Below, piece after piece: positions 8,779 to 19,966 of a DNA stretch of 64,000 nucleotides. Every line of letters begins with the position of its first letter. Position 1 is the first letter of the stretch. A program made the translations under genes and the position numbers. The notes under the pieces were generated by a model. That model saw only the letters and a program-made list of their open reading frames with translations, did not search any database and was not told the origin of the DNA. This DNA is from an uncultured Bacteroidota bacterium (GTDB lineage: Bacteria; Bacteroidota; Bacteroidia; Chitinophagales; Chitinophagaceae). The stretch lies in the NCBI GenBank assembly GCA_963735015.1, contig CAVTJH010000004.1, forward strand, positions 844,419-908,418, read 5' to 3'.

Positions 8779-10587
8779 ATGTCTGAGTCCATTTCCAAAA
8801 AAAAAATATTCGATTTTAGTCAGTTAAGCAGGGTACTGCAATATACTGCTCCCTATAAGAAGTGGTTTTACGGATCGATCACACTGTCTATATTGCTGGC
8901 CGTTATTTCGCCACTCCGTCCCTTTCTTATTCAGTATACGGTGAATACCTATATCCGCGGGGGACTAAATGCAGATCTTTCGATCAGGGACCGTATGATA
9001 CAGATGATCATATATGTCACGATCCTTCAAATCGGGATCCTGCTCGTGGAAACAATTCTTCGTTTTTATTTTTCATTTATTACAGCATGGCTGGGTCAGA
9101 CAGTAGTAAAGGATCTGCGGATTGCAGTTTACGAAAAGGTATTATCATTGAATCTTTCACAATACGATAAAACGCCTATCGGAACTCTCACAACTCGAAC
9201 AATCAATGACATTGAGGCTATCAATGATATTTTTTCAGAAGGACTGATTCCCATAGTCTCAGATCTGCTATCCATTGTTTCTATTTTGCTTTTTATGTTC
9301 TATACCAACTGGCAACTCACGCTGATTTGTCTGATCCCCTTTCCAATCCTGATTCTGGCTACTTATTTTTTCAAGGAGTCTGTCAATAGATCATTTATAC
9401 GTGTGCGTAACGCAGTGGCAGCTCTCAATGCTTTTGTGCAGGAACATATAACAGGAATGCAGATTGTGCAGGCATTTGCTTCGGAAGAAAGAGAATATAA
9501 AAGTTTTAGGAACATAAACAGAGAGCACAGAAATGCGAACATCAGGGCAATATTCGCCTATTCTGTATTCTTTCCCATTGTGGAAATAGTACTTGCTTTT
9601 TCTACAGGTTTACTTGTCTGGTGGGGTGCGAGCCTCGTATTGCATCTTCCGGGAAAACAGGCGGCTTTGCTGACCGGTGAAATCATTGCATTCTTTTTAT
9701 ACCTTAATTTATTATTCAGACCACTGCGCCTGATAGCAGATAAATTCAATACACTGCAAATGGGAATGGTGGCCAGTGAACGTGTTTTCAGGGTGCTTGA
9801 TAACAAAGATATAATGACAGATGACGGTATATATGCACCTGTAAAACTCATTGGTAAAATATCTTTTGAACATGTTTATTTTGCGTATACAGATGAACGT
9901 TATGTTTTGAAGGATATTTCGTTCCTGATCGAGCCAGGAGAAACATTAGCGATAGTAGGGCATACGGGCAGTGGGAAGACCTCTATAATCAGCATCCTTA
10001 ATCGCTTATATCCCATTCAAAAGGGACATATCCAGATTGACGGGCGCAACATTGAATCCTATAAACTGAATGTTTTAAGGGCAAATATTGGTGTCGTTTT
10101 ACAGGATGTGTTTCTGTTTTCGGGATCCATTCTTGATAATATCACGATGCGTAACAGGGATATCTCTTTTGACCGCGTAGTAAATGCTGCCAGGCTTATT
10201 GGCATGCATGAATTTATTCTGCGGTTGCCCGGAGGATATGACTATGATGTAATGGAACGCGGCAATACACTTTCTATGGGTCAGCGCCAGTTGCTTTCAT
10301 TTATCAGGGCCTTATTATTTGATCCTTCTATTTTAATATTGGATGAAGCCACTTCCTCCGTAGACACAGAATCGGAAATGCTGATACAGAATGCTATCGG
10401 CAAGCTGATCGCAAACCGTACTTCCATTGTCATTGCACATAGGCTGTCTACAATCCGAAAAGCAAGTAAAATACTTGTGCTTGATAAGGGTGAAATAAAA
10501 GAAATAGGAACCCATGATCAGCTGATGGAGAAAGAAGGGTTTTATTTTAAACTTCATCAGATGCAATTTGAAAAGCTTAACGCTTAA
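8779..10587 (+). CDS. ABC exporter, fused permease/ATPase (MsbA/MdlB-like)
   Basis: TM domain plus GHTGSGKT, LSMGQRQ, LILDEATS, IAHRLST; the ORF-track extension to 8737 is only repeat sequence. Confidence 0.9.
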   Translation: MSESISKKKIFDFSQLSRVLQYTAPYKKWFYGSITLSILLAVISPLRPFLIQYTVNTYIRGGLNADLSIRDRMIQMIIYVTILQIGILLVETILRFYFSFITAWLGQTVVKDLRIAVYEKVLSLNLSQYDKTPIGTLTTRTINDIEAINDIFSEGLIPIVSDLLSIVSILLFMFYTNWQLTLICLIPFPILILATYFFKESVNRSFIRVRNAVAALNAFVQEHITGMQIVQAFASEEREYKSFRNINREHRNANIRAIFAYSVFFPIVEIVLAFSTGLLVWWGASLVLHLPGKQAALLTGEIIAFFLYLNLLFRPLRLIADKFNTLQMGMVASERVFRVLDNKDIMTDDGIYAPVKLIGKISFEHVYFAYTDERYVLKDISFLIEPGETLAIVGHTGSGKTSIISILNRLYPIQKGHIQIDGRNIESYKLNVLRANIGVVLQDVFLFSGSILDNITMRNRDISFDRVVNAARLIGMHEFILRLPGGYDYDVMERGNTLSMGQRQLLSFIRALLFDPSILILDEATSSVDTESEMLIQNAIGKLIANRTSIVIAHRLSTIRKASKILVLDKGEIKEIGTHDQLMEKEGFYFKLHQMQFEKLNA

Positions 10588-10716
10588 CGCTTAACGCTTA
10601 ACGCTGGTTTAGCTTCGCAAATTTAAGCGCATTTTTTTATTACTTTCAGCTCTTTTAAAAATCAAAAAAGTTAGTTTTAATAAAAAGCTATAGGCTTTTG
10701 GCGTTAAGCGGTAAGC
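10575..10716. repeat. Inverted 7-mer cassette (GCTTAAC x4 / degenerate GTTAAGC x4)
   Basis: GCTTAAC at 10575, 10582, 10589, 10596; tataggc ttttggc gttaagc ggtaagc at 10689-10716. Confidence 0.8.
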
Positions 10717-10749
10717 ATAAAAAGCTCTTGCTAATTACCCCCCGACCCT

Positions 10750-10757
10750 TATCTTTG
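10750..10757 (+). promoter_or_regulatory. atp operon promoter -7 element
   Basis: TATCTTTG with TTG 19 nt upstream. Confidence 0.7.
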
Positions 10758-10776
10758 CGGCAAAATCAGATACCGC

Positions 10777-12221
<1,445 letters not shown>

Positions 12222-12236
12222 ATCATTGCAAACGAC

Positions 12237-12278
12237 AAAACTGCATCTAAAGCAAAGGGCGGAGGGTGCAGTTTTTTT
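12237..12278 (+). terminator. Intra-operon hairpin with T-run after atpE
   Basis: AAAACTGCATCT...GGGTGCAGTTTTTTT. Confidence 0.55.
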
Positions 12279-12326
12279 CAAAACGAAGAAACATAAATAA
12301 AGAAGCCTTCAAAATTTGAATCAGCC

Positions 12327-12821
12327 ATGAAATTACTTCTCCCGGAATTTGGGTTATTGATATGGACCCTGGTGGCATTTCTGATTGTGCTTTTTATTCT
12401 TGGTAAGTTTGCGTGGCCGGCTATCGTTAAGGGTTTAAAAGACAGGGAAGCCGGCATAACTGATTCTCTGGCTACGGCTGAACGGGTCAGGGCTGAAATG
12501 GCACAGCTGAAAAGCGAGAACGAAGCATTACTCGCACAGGCGCGTGAAGAAAGGGCTGTCATATTAAAGGAGGCACGCGATGTAAAGGACAAAATTATCA
12601 ACGAAGCAAAGGAACAGGCTAAAACTGCAGCAGAAAAGATCATCAACGATGCACAGGACGCAATTGAACGTAAGAAAATGGCTGCTCTAATAGAAGTTAA
12701 GAATGAAATCGGCATGCTGGTCGTGGATATTTCTGAAAAGATCCTGCGTCGCGAATTGCAAAACAGATCCGAACAGGAAAAATATATTAAACAGCTGGCG
12801 GAAGAAGTTAAACTTAATTAA
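12327..12821 (+). CDS. atpF: ATP synthase subunit b
   Basis: GLLIWTLVAF, KFAWPAI followed by a coiled coil. Confidence 0.95.
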   Translation: MKLLLPEFGLLIWTLVAFLIVLFILGKFAWPAIVKGLKDREAGITDSLATAERVRAEMAQLKSENEALLAQAREERAVILKEARDVKDKIINEAKEQAKTAAEKIINDAQDAIERKKMAALIEVKNEIGMLVVDISEKILRRELQNRSEQEKYIKQLAEEVKLN

Positions 12822-12908
12822 TTTGAAAATTCCGGAATTTAGAAATAAGAGTGTTTAACAGGTTTTTTAAATTCCTATTTTCCGATTCTTCAAATTTCCA
12901 AATTTTTA
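12819..12908. repeat. Degenerate inverted 9-mer cassette (AATTTGAAA / TTTCAAATT)
   Basis: taatttgaaaattccggaatttagaaat ... ttccgattcttcaaatttccaaattttt. Confidence 0.5.
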
Positions 12909-12912
12909 AAAG

Positions 12913-13476
12913 ATGCCAAACCCCAGACTTGCCTCCAGATATGCAAAATCACTGATCGACCTCTCTATTGAACAGGGGCAGCTGGAGAAGGTATATAAAG
13001 ATATTCTCTATTTGAAAAGCGTTTTCCAGAACAGTAAGGAGTTAATTAATTTTTTGAACAATCCGGTAATTACATCCGACCAGAAATTGCAGGTTGTTAA
13101 GGTATTGGACTCGGAAAAAACTGGAGAAATCACCAAATCATTCAATCGCCTGCTGATCAGAAAGGGCCGGGAGAATTATCTGCCTGAAATCGCTGAGGCT
13201 TTCATTGAACAATACAAAGAACTTAAAGGAATATATACGGTTACATTGACTACGGCTATTCCTGCAAGTGATGATGTGAAAAACGCTATCATCAGCAGAA
13301 TAAAAAGGGACGGCCATATGAAGCAAGTAGATCTGGTATGCGTGGTACAGGAAAATATAATTGGTGGATTTATTCTGGAAAGTAACGGCAAGAGAATAGA
13401 TGCCAGCGTAGCCTATGATCTGACTAAAATCAAAAACCGGTTTTTAACAAACGAATTCATTTACAGATTCCGCTAA
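12913..13476 (+). CDS. atpH: ATP synthase subunit delta
   Basis: RLASRYAKSL, IIGGFIL, IDASV. Confidence 0.93.
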   Translation: MPNPRLASRYAKSLIDLSIEQGQLEKVYKDILYLKSVFQNSKELINFLNNPVITSDQKLQVVKVLDSEKTGEITKSFNRLLIRKGRENYLPEIAEAFIEQYKELKGIYTVTLTTAIPASDDVKNAIISRIKRDGHMKQVDLVCVVQENIIGGFILESNGKRIDASVAYDLTKIKNRFLTNEFIYRFR

Positions 13477-13504
13477 TGTTAAAGAACCACTCTAAAAAAA
13501 ATAT

Positions 13505-15082
13505 ATGGCAGAAATAAAACCAGACGAAATTTCGGCAATAATTCGCCAGCAGCTCAGTGTTTTTAATTTGACTACTGAAATGGAAGAAGTGGGTACCGTG
13601 CTTCAGGTGGGAGATGGTATTGCTCGAGTGTATGGTTTGAATAATGTGGGCAGTGGGGAATTGGTGGAATTTGAAAATGGAATTCGTGCCATCGCGTTGA
13701 ACCTGGAAGAAGATAACGTAGGTATCGTACTTATGGGAGATTCAGGAGAGATCAAAGAAGGTGCAAAAGTGCGACGTACAGGAAAAATCGCCTCCATTAA
13801 GGTTTATGAAAGTATGCTTGGCAGAGTGGTGAATACATTGGGCGAAACCATTGACGGGAAAGGACCCCTGACCGGAGAAAGTTATGAAATGCCAATTGAA
13901 CGTAAAGCACCAGGAGTTATTTTCCGTGAACCGGTTAAGGAGCCTCTGCAAACAGGAATTAAAGCAATTGATGCCATGATCCCGATCGGCAGGGGACAGC
14001 GAGAGTTGATCATTGGCGATCGCCAGACGGGTAAAACAGCAATAGCAATTGATACTATTATAAACCAGAAAGAATTTTATAAGGCAGGCAAACCTGTGTA
14101 TTGCATATATGTCGCGATAGGTCAGAAGGCATCTACTGTTGCAGGTATAATGCAGACCTTGAATGAAAGCGGAGCTATGGCATATACCGTTATTGTTGCT
14201 GCTTCTGCTTCAGATCCTGCGCCTTTACAGTTCTATGCACCATTTGCCGGGGCGGCCATCGGAGAATATTTCAGAGATACCGGTCGTCCGGCCCTGATCA
14301 TCTTTGATGATCTTTCCAAGCAGGCCGTTGCTTATCGGGAAGTATCTCTGCTTCTTCGCCGTCCTCCGGGACGTGAGGCATATCCTGGTGATGTTTTCTA
14401 CCTGCATAGCAGATTGTTGGAGCGTGCTGCCAAAATCATTAGTGACGATGGGGTAGCCAAAAATATGAATGATCTGCCCGAGTCGCTAAAGAATAAAGTA
14501 AAAGGCGGCGGTTCCCTGACAGCCCTGCCAATCATTGAAACCCAGGCTGGTGACGTTTCCGCATATATTCCGACGAACGTCATATCGATTACCGACGGTC
14601 AGATTTTCCTGGAAGGAAACCTGTTTAATGCCGGTATACGTCCGGCGATCAATGTTGGTATTTCAGTAAGCCGTGTAGGTGGAAATGCACAGATCAAATC
14701 CATGAAGAAAGTTGCCGGGACTTTGAAACTGGACCAGGCTCTTTACCGGGAAATGGAAGCCTTTTCCAAGTTCGGTGGGGATCTCGATGCCAGTACTAAA
14801 CTGGTCCTGGACAAGGGTGCGAGAAACGTTGAAATCCTTAAGCAGCCTCAATATGCACCAGTAGCTGTGGAGAAACAGGTTGCTATCATTTATCTTGGAA
14901 CTCAGGGTCTGCTGCGCCAAGTCCGCGTGAATAAGGTGAAAGCATTTGAAGAACATTTCCTTATGGAAATGGAAAACAAATTGCCCGAAGTGCTGGCAGA
15001 GTTCAAGAAAGGTCTTTTGTCTGACGAATCGATCCGGAAAACCGTGCAAATAGCCAATGAACTGATTCCTCAATACAAATAG
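13505..15082 (+). CDS. atpA: ATP synthase subunit alpha
   Basis: [38 protein letters not shown]. Confidence 0.98.
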   Translation: MAEIKPDEISAIIRQQLSVFNLTTEMEEVGTVLQVGDGIARVYGLNNVGSGELVEFENGIRAIALNLEEDNVGIVLMGDSGEIKEGAKVRRTGKIASIKVYESMLGRVVNTLGETIDGKGPLTGESYEMPIERKAPGVIFREPVKEPLQTGIKAIDAMIPIGRGQRELIIGDRQTGKTAIAIDTIINQKEFYKAGKPVYCIYVAIGQKASTVAGIMQTLNESGAMAYTVIVAASASDPAPLQFYAPFAGAAIGEYFRDTGRPALIIFDDLSKQAVAYREVSLLLRRPPGREAYPGDVFYLHSRLLERAAKIISDDGVAKNMNDLPESLKNKVKGGGSLTALPIIETQAGDVSAYIPTNVISITDGQIFLEGNLFNAGIRPAINVGISVSRVGGNAQIKSMKKVAGTLKLDQALYREMEAFSKFGGDLDASTKLVLDKGARNVEILKQPQYAPVAVEKQVAIIYLGTQGLLRQVRVNKVKAFEEHFLMEMENKLPEVLAEFKKGLLSDESIRKTVQIANELIPQYK

Positions 15083-15186
15083 TAATTGTCAATTGTTAAT
15101 GGTCAATGGTCATTGGCTGATGGTTGGGAATTTGTACATATCCATTCACTGGCAATCAAAAATTGATCATTAACAATTGACAATTA
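15083..15186. repeat. Inverted 7-mer cassette (AATTGTC family), 24/25-nt terminal inverted repeat
   Basis: TAATTGTCAATTGTTAATGGTCAAT (15083-15107) versus ATTGATCATTAACAATTGACAATTA (15162-15186). Confidence 0.85.
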
Positions 15187-15402
15187 TTTTATCAAACCCT
15201 TGCATTATTGGAAAACGCTTGCAATCTTTGTCTTGCAATCAAGCCGTACCAATCTCCAGATTAACTTCCTTCCAATTTTCCTTCCTGTTTTGAGCAGGAC
15301 TAATTTTTACGCATTGTAATTTAGGGTTTCCAATCCTTCAGAAGAATATGCTCTTGTTCCAATCACTATGGGTTTTCGGTACAATCCGGATTAAAACAAG
15401 TT

Positions 15403-16269
15403 ATGAAGCACTGGAACCCATTAGTTTTTGATTTTGCGAAACCTTCCTTGCTATGGAGACTAACTTCAGTTCTTTTTATAATTTTTATAGCAGCTACCAC
15501 TCAGGCACAATCGCTGATTCCTGAGCTCTCTTTTAAAAATCCTGTGCTTAAAACGGGGAAGGGATGCGCGGGGGATGGCCTGGATGGAGCTGTATATATT
15601 TTTGAAAACGTCGGATGGGGAGTGGATGCACTTGTAACCATACTGGGCCGGAGCAGTAGCGTAGTTACTTTGTCAGTTACCGATATTCAGGGACCCGAGC
15701 AGAATATTGTGAATGGCACAGGGTGGGACAATGCTTGGCAGCCACAGGTTAAGTATGGTGACGGAAACGCGCCGGCACATACAATGTGGTGGATGGAATT
15801 TAAAATTTCATTTGTAAAACATGCCGATCATAACAGGTTTATGCCGGTGAATCAGTTCTTTGTTTCAGGATTGGATATTGATGGCGACGGGAATCAGCTG
15901 CATGAATTTCAGTCATACTTTAGAATGCACTCATTTTCCCTGGTTCATGAAACTGCCATTTTTGCTTCCACTATTCAGGGTTCAGAATCCGACCCTCTTT
16001 TAAAGGGGAAAAGATTCGACGGCCCTGTAAAAAATTATCCTGGAATTTCGGTCAGAGCGGTAGACGCAATGGTAAGTAATTATTATAAGGGGTCCAGTTC
16101 CATGATTGTACGGCTTGGAGCTGTAACCGGATCTGCAGGATCCGTTTCGGCAAACAGGATGTATGGCCTTTTATTCAGGTCATTGACCTATGATGTGCCA
16201 GCGATAAGGAAATCGGAGGTTAAAATGGTTGCTTCGAACAATGGCAGTCGGATAAATGAAAAAGAATAA
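15403..16269 (+). CDS. Exported hypothetical beta-rich protein resembling the passenger domain of Chitinophagaceae T9SS substrates; no CTD
   Basis: Signal peptide ending TQA-Q; ELSFKNPVL, GVDALVTILGRSS, WWMEFKISFV, LDIDGDG. Confidence 0.6.
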   Translation: MKHWNPLVFDFAKPSLLWRLTSVLFIIFIAATTQAQSLIPELSFKNPVLKTGKGCAGDGLDGAVYIFENVGWGVDALVTILGRSSSVVTLSVTDIQGPEQNIVNGTGWDNAWQPQVKYGDGNAPAHTMWWMEFKISFVKHADHNRFMPVNQFFVSGLDIDGDGNQLHEFQSYFRMHSFSLVHETAIFASTIQGSESDPLLKGKRFDGPVKNYPGISVRAVDAMVSNYYKGSSSMIVRLGAVTGSAGSVSANRMYGLLFRSLTYDVPAIRKSEVKMVASNNGSRINEKE

Positions 16270-16321
16270 TTTAAAATAAACCGTATTTGAAGTTTTAGTT
16301 TTAAAGGGTACGATCAACAAC

Positions 16322-16351
16322 GGCCGGGCTTGTCTAAGCCTGGCCTTTATT
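16322..16351 (+). terminator. Intrinsic terminator
   Basis: GGCCGGGCTT-gtct-AAGCCTGGCC followed by TTTATT. Confidence 0.6.
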
Positions 16352-16399
16352 AAGTATATTTGGTTTATGTTGTAAACTAATTTACATTTGTAATGACTC

Positions 16400-18697
16400 T
16401 TGCATTATTACCTCCTTTTAACGATGTTTATTGTTGGATTCTACATATCAATAATCAAAAAAAAACTGACGTCGGTTTTATTCCTGCTTCTGATTTATAC
16501 AGGTGTTTTTTCGCAAACCCTGATTTCCGGCATAATAAAAGACACCAGGGGTCATCCTGTTCCGGGGGCAAGTATTTCCATCAAAAACAGTTTCGATGGA
16601 GCAACATCTGATTCCCTTGGCAAGTATTCATTTACCAGTTCTGATACCGGCCTGCAGACTTTAACGATAAGTTCTGTAGGATATCGATCCATTGAAGTAA
16701 CGATACAGATAACCGGCAAATCAATTCAAATGGATCTCCAGATAAAAGAAGAACCTAATGAACTGAAAGCAGTCACAATTTCGGCCGGTTCCTTTGCAGC
16801 TGGTGATTCAAAACGGGGCGCTGTCATGAGTTCTTTAGATATTGCTACAACAGCAGGCTCCAATGCCGATATTACGGCGGCTCTGAAAACCCTGCCTGGA
16901 ACCCAGCAGGTGGGAGAGCAGGAAGGTCTTTTTGTACGGGGAGGTACCGGTCAGGAAACAAAGCAATTTATCGACGGTAGTCTGGTAAATAATCCATATT
17001 ACTCCAGTGTCCCAGACATTTCCACCAGGGGCAGGTTTTCACCATTTCTATTTAAAGGAACCGTTTTTAGTACAGGAGGTTATTCAGCTCTTTACGGTCA
17101 GGCGCTATCTTCGGTATTATTACTTGAGTCGGTTGATTTGCCAGAAAAATCTGAGATTGATGCGTCCATTTCACCTATTGTGGCTGGTGTAGGCACACAA
17201 CAACTTTCAAATAATAAAAAATATTCCTGGGGCATGAGTTACAGCTACGTAAATGCTGCTGTTTACTTTGGACTGGTTAGTCAAAAGCCCGACTATTTCC
17301 GGCTTCCTGCATACCACAACGCAGATGCTAATTTCCGGATCAAAACTAAAAACGGGGGGATGATAAAATACTATACAACTTTTGCTTATAACGATCTGGG
17401 TCTAAGAACACCGGATGTCGACAGTCCTGGTCTTAAGAACGCTTTCGACCTGACGAATCATAACTGGTATAATAACCTCAGCTGGCGTCAGCCTCTGAAC
17501 CACGGCTGGAGAATGACATTGATGACGAGTTTCAGCACAAACCTTGATAATATTCAACAACAGGTTCAGGGATCAGATAACCAACCACATTTTTATCCTG
17601 ATACCGCCTTTATGCAATCTAAAAATTTCATACTGGCAAACAAGCAAAATCTTACAACCGGAAAAGCCGTATTTGAAAAGAAATTATCCGGCTTGAGCTC
17701 TTTCCGATTCGGTGCCGAATATTGGTATAATTTCAATCCACTCACGTATAATGATACACTGAAGGTTTTGCATGATCAGCTTATGGCAGGTTTTGCAGAA
17801 ACAAACATTTATCTGACAAACGAACTGGCAGCCCAGTTGGGAATCCGGTACGAGTATTCCAGCTTATTGAAACAATCAGATCTTGGACCCCGGGTTGCGC
17901 TGGCATATAAAACGGGAAAAGACGCACAGATTTCTGCCGCTTATGGAATTTTTTATGAAAAGCCGGATAATCAGCAGCTTTTTTATACAACAGATCTGAA
18001 GTTCACACAGGCTACTCATTACATATTGAATTTTCAGAAAATGAATAAAGATCAGATTTTCAGGATCGAAGCTTATTATAAATTATATAGTAGTCTGGTT
18101 GAGACAGAGCCTTTAAGTTATAATTATTTCGGATATAATAATAACGGCAGCGGATATGCTGACGGAATCGATTTTTTCTGGCGTGATAAAAAAACTTTCA
18201 AGGATTTTGATTATTGGATCAGTTACTCCTATATAGATACCAAAAGGCAGTTTATGAATTACCCAAGCAAGATTACACCCGATTTTGTTGCAACAAATAC
18301 TGCTTCCCTGGTCATGAAACGGTTTATCACGGATTGGAAAGCAGGAATCAACTTTACTTACACTTTTGCGACCGGACGACCCTACTACAATTTCATGATC
18401 AATAATGAAGGTAAATATTATGTAGCCGATGAAGGCCGCACAAAGGATTATCAAAGCCTCAATTTCAGTTGTGAATACATTCCCAGTCTGGGCAAAGTGA
18501 AACCAAAAACATTTATTGTTTTGTTTGCCAGTATGAGTAATGTGTTGGGATATAATCCGATTTACGGTTATCACTATTCATTTAACGGACAATTTAAACA
18601 ACCTATAACGCCACCGGCTAACCGCTTTTATTTCATTGGGTGCTTTTTAAGCTGGGGTGTTGACAGAACACAGGATGCTATCAACAATAATCTGTAA
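16400..18697 (+). CDS. TonB-dependent receptor with N-terminal CarboxypepD_reg-like domain (start codon uncertain)
   Basis: ISGIIKDTRGHPVPGASI, plug LKTLPG..GLFVRGG..FIDG, FSTGGYSALYGQALS; TACATTTG promoter at 16383-16390. Confidence 0.85.
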   Translation: MHYYLLLTMFIVGFYISIIKKKLTSVLFLLLIYTGVFSQTLISGIIKDTRGHPVPGASISIKNSFDGATSDSLGKYSFTSSDTGLQTLTISSVGYRSIEVTIQITGKSIQMDLQIKEEPNELKAVTISAGSFAAGDSKRGAVMSSLDIATTAGSNADITAALKTLPGTQQVGEQEGLFVRGGTGQETKQFIDGSLVNNPYYSSVPDISTRGRFSPFLFKGTVFSTGGYSALYGQALSSVLLLESVDLPEKSEIDASISPIVAGVGTQQLSNNKKYSWGMSYSYVNAAVYFGLVSQKPDYFRLPAYHNADANFRIKTKNGGMIKYYTTFAYNDLGLRTPDVDSPGLKNAFDLTNHNWYNNLSWRQPLNHGWRMTLMTSFSTNLDNIQQQVQGSDNQPHFYPDTAFMQSKNFILANKQNLTTGKAVFEKKLSGLSSFRFGAEYWYNFNPLTYNDTLKVLHDQLMAGFAETNIYLTNELAAQLGIRYEYSSLLKQSDLGPRVALAYKTGKDAQISAAYGIFYEKPDNQQLFYTTDLKFTQATHYILNFQKMNKDQIFRIEAYYKLYSSLVETEPLSYNYFGYNNNGSGYADGIDFFWRDKKTFKDFDYWISYSYIDTKRQFMNYPSKITPDFVATNTASLVMKRFITDWKAGINFTYTFATGRPYYNFMINNEGKYYVADEGRTKDYQSLNFSCEYIPSLGKVKPKTFIVLFASMSNVLGYNPIYGYHYSFNGQFKQPITPPANRFYFIGCFLSWGVDRTQDAINNNL

Positions 18698-18719
18698 TTT
18701 CTCATTTAATAAACATAAT

Positions 18720-19346
18720 ATGAAATCCATTTTTTTATCTTTCTTTATATTGGGTACCCTGTTTGTTTCTGCACAAAGTGACAAATACGAGTCCGCCATG
18801 AAAAAAAATCTTGCGCTTTTCGATTCTGCTAAAACAACAGCTCAATTTCAAACGGTGGCCAATACATTCGAACGAATAGGCGACGCAGAAAAAACCCAAT
18901 GGTTACCTTACTATTATGCTGGTCTGGCTTTATCCATACCCGCATGGGCAGATCCAAATATCGATAAAGACGCAAATTGCACACGCATCAATGCACTTTG
19001 CGACAAAGCAGAAGCGTTGGACACGAATTCGGAAATTTATGTACTCAGAAATATGTCAGCCACCCAACAGATGATGGTTGATCCGCAAACGCGTTGGCAA
19101 ACTTATGGCACAGAAGCTTCTAAAGACTTGCAAATTGCAACCAGGCTGAACCCTGACAATCCACGCATCTACTATTTGCAGGGACAAAGCATGTTTAACA
19201 CACCTCCGGCATTTGGCGGGGGGAAAGACAAGGCTAAACCATTATTTGAAAAGGCTGTAGCTTTATTCAAAAAGGATAAGCCAAAACCTCTCTGGCCAGA
19301 CTGGGGATTAGACGCGACTGAAGCCCAACTTGCCAAATGTCAATAA
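18720..19346 (+). CDS. Exported TPR-like helical protein
   Basis: Signal peptide; WLPYYYA, LNPDNPRIYYL, PPAFGGGKDKA, WPDWG. Confidence 0.7.
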   Translation: MKSIFLSFFILGTLFVSAQSDKYESAMKKNLALFDSAKTTAQFQTVANTFERIGDAEKTQWLPYYYAGLALSIPAWADPNIDKDANCTRINALCDKAEALDTNSEIYVLRNMSATQQMMVDPQTRWQTYGTEASKDLQIATRLNPDNPRIYYLQGQSMFNTPPAFGGGKDKAKPLFEKAVALFKKDKPKPLWPDWGLDATEAQLAKCQ

Positions 19347-19360
19347 CCAATAAAGACGGA

Positions 19361-19657
19361 ATGAATCAATTCAGGGATTTGGATCCAATGCTGCATTCGC
19401 AATTACGTCTCGCGATCATTTCTTTACTCTTGCGGGAAAAAGAATCGGATTTTTCATTATTAAAAGACAGGACGAAAGCCACAGCAGGAAATCTGAGTGT
19501 GCAAATAAACAAATTGCGGGATGCAGGATATATTGAAGTTATCAAAGATTATAAAGACAACTATCCACATACTATTTGCAGAATCACGGCATCAGGCTCA
19601 AAAGCTTTTGATCAATATGTAAAAAGTTTGCAATCCTATCTTAGCTTAAAACCCTGA
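19361..19657 (+). CDS. Winged-helix transcriptional regulator (HTH_34, MarR/ArsR-like)
   Basis: LHSQLRLAIISLL, TAGNLSVQINKL, ITASGSKAF. Confidence 0.8.
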   Translation: MNQFRDLDPMLHSQLRLAIISLLLREKESDFSLLKDRTKATAGNLSVQINKLRDAGYIEVIKDYKDNYPHTICRITASGSKAFDQYVKSLQSYLSLKP

Positions 19658-19658
19658 C

Positions 19659-19891
19659 TTCGTAATGTGGCAAATTCATAATTGTAGAAAATGAAAAAGG
19701 TGGAAACTAAATAGGGAAATGATAATGTGACGGGGTGAAAGTTTTCTGGTTATTTTTCCAACTCCGGCGTTTTTTTCGTCTGTTGTTTCGGGGACAAATA
19801 AAAAAGGTAACTATTACTTCCCCCATTATCATTAAACATTCCATCTCCTCATTCATTCATATTCGCAATTCCACATTTACCACATTATGAA
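19659..19891. repeat. About 233-bp MITE-like element with imperfect terminal inverted arms
   Basis: TTCGTAATGTGGCAAAT versus the reverse complement of ATTTACCACATTATGAA (15/17); left arm resembles 58793-58852. Confidence 0.55.
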
Positions 19892-19924
19892 AAAGCCCTC
19901 CGCGTTGTATTACGGGAGGGCTTT
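19891..19924. terminator. Bidirectional intrinsic terminator
   Basis: AAAAGCCCTCC...GGAGGGCTTT between convergent genes. Confidence 0.7.
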
Positions 19925-19966
19925 GCATTTCCGGCATTTCGGCTACCGGATATATTCTTGGAGTTT

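Noticed and set aside
15210-15223. LacI/cre-like GGAAAACGCTTGCA, similar to GGGAAACGCTTGTA at 55066-55079
   Set aside because: There are only two imperfect short copies and no cognate regulator in the window, so chance cannot be excluded.
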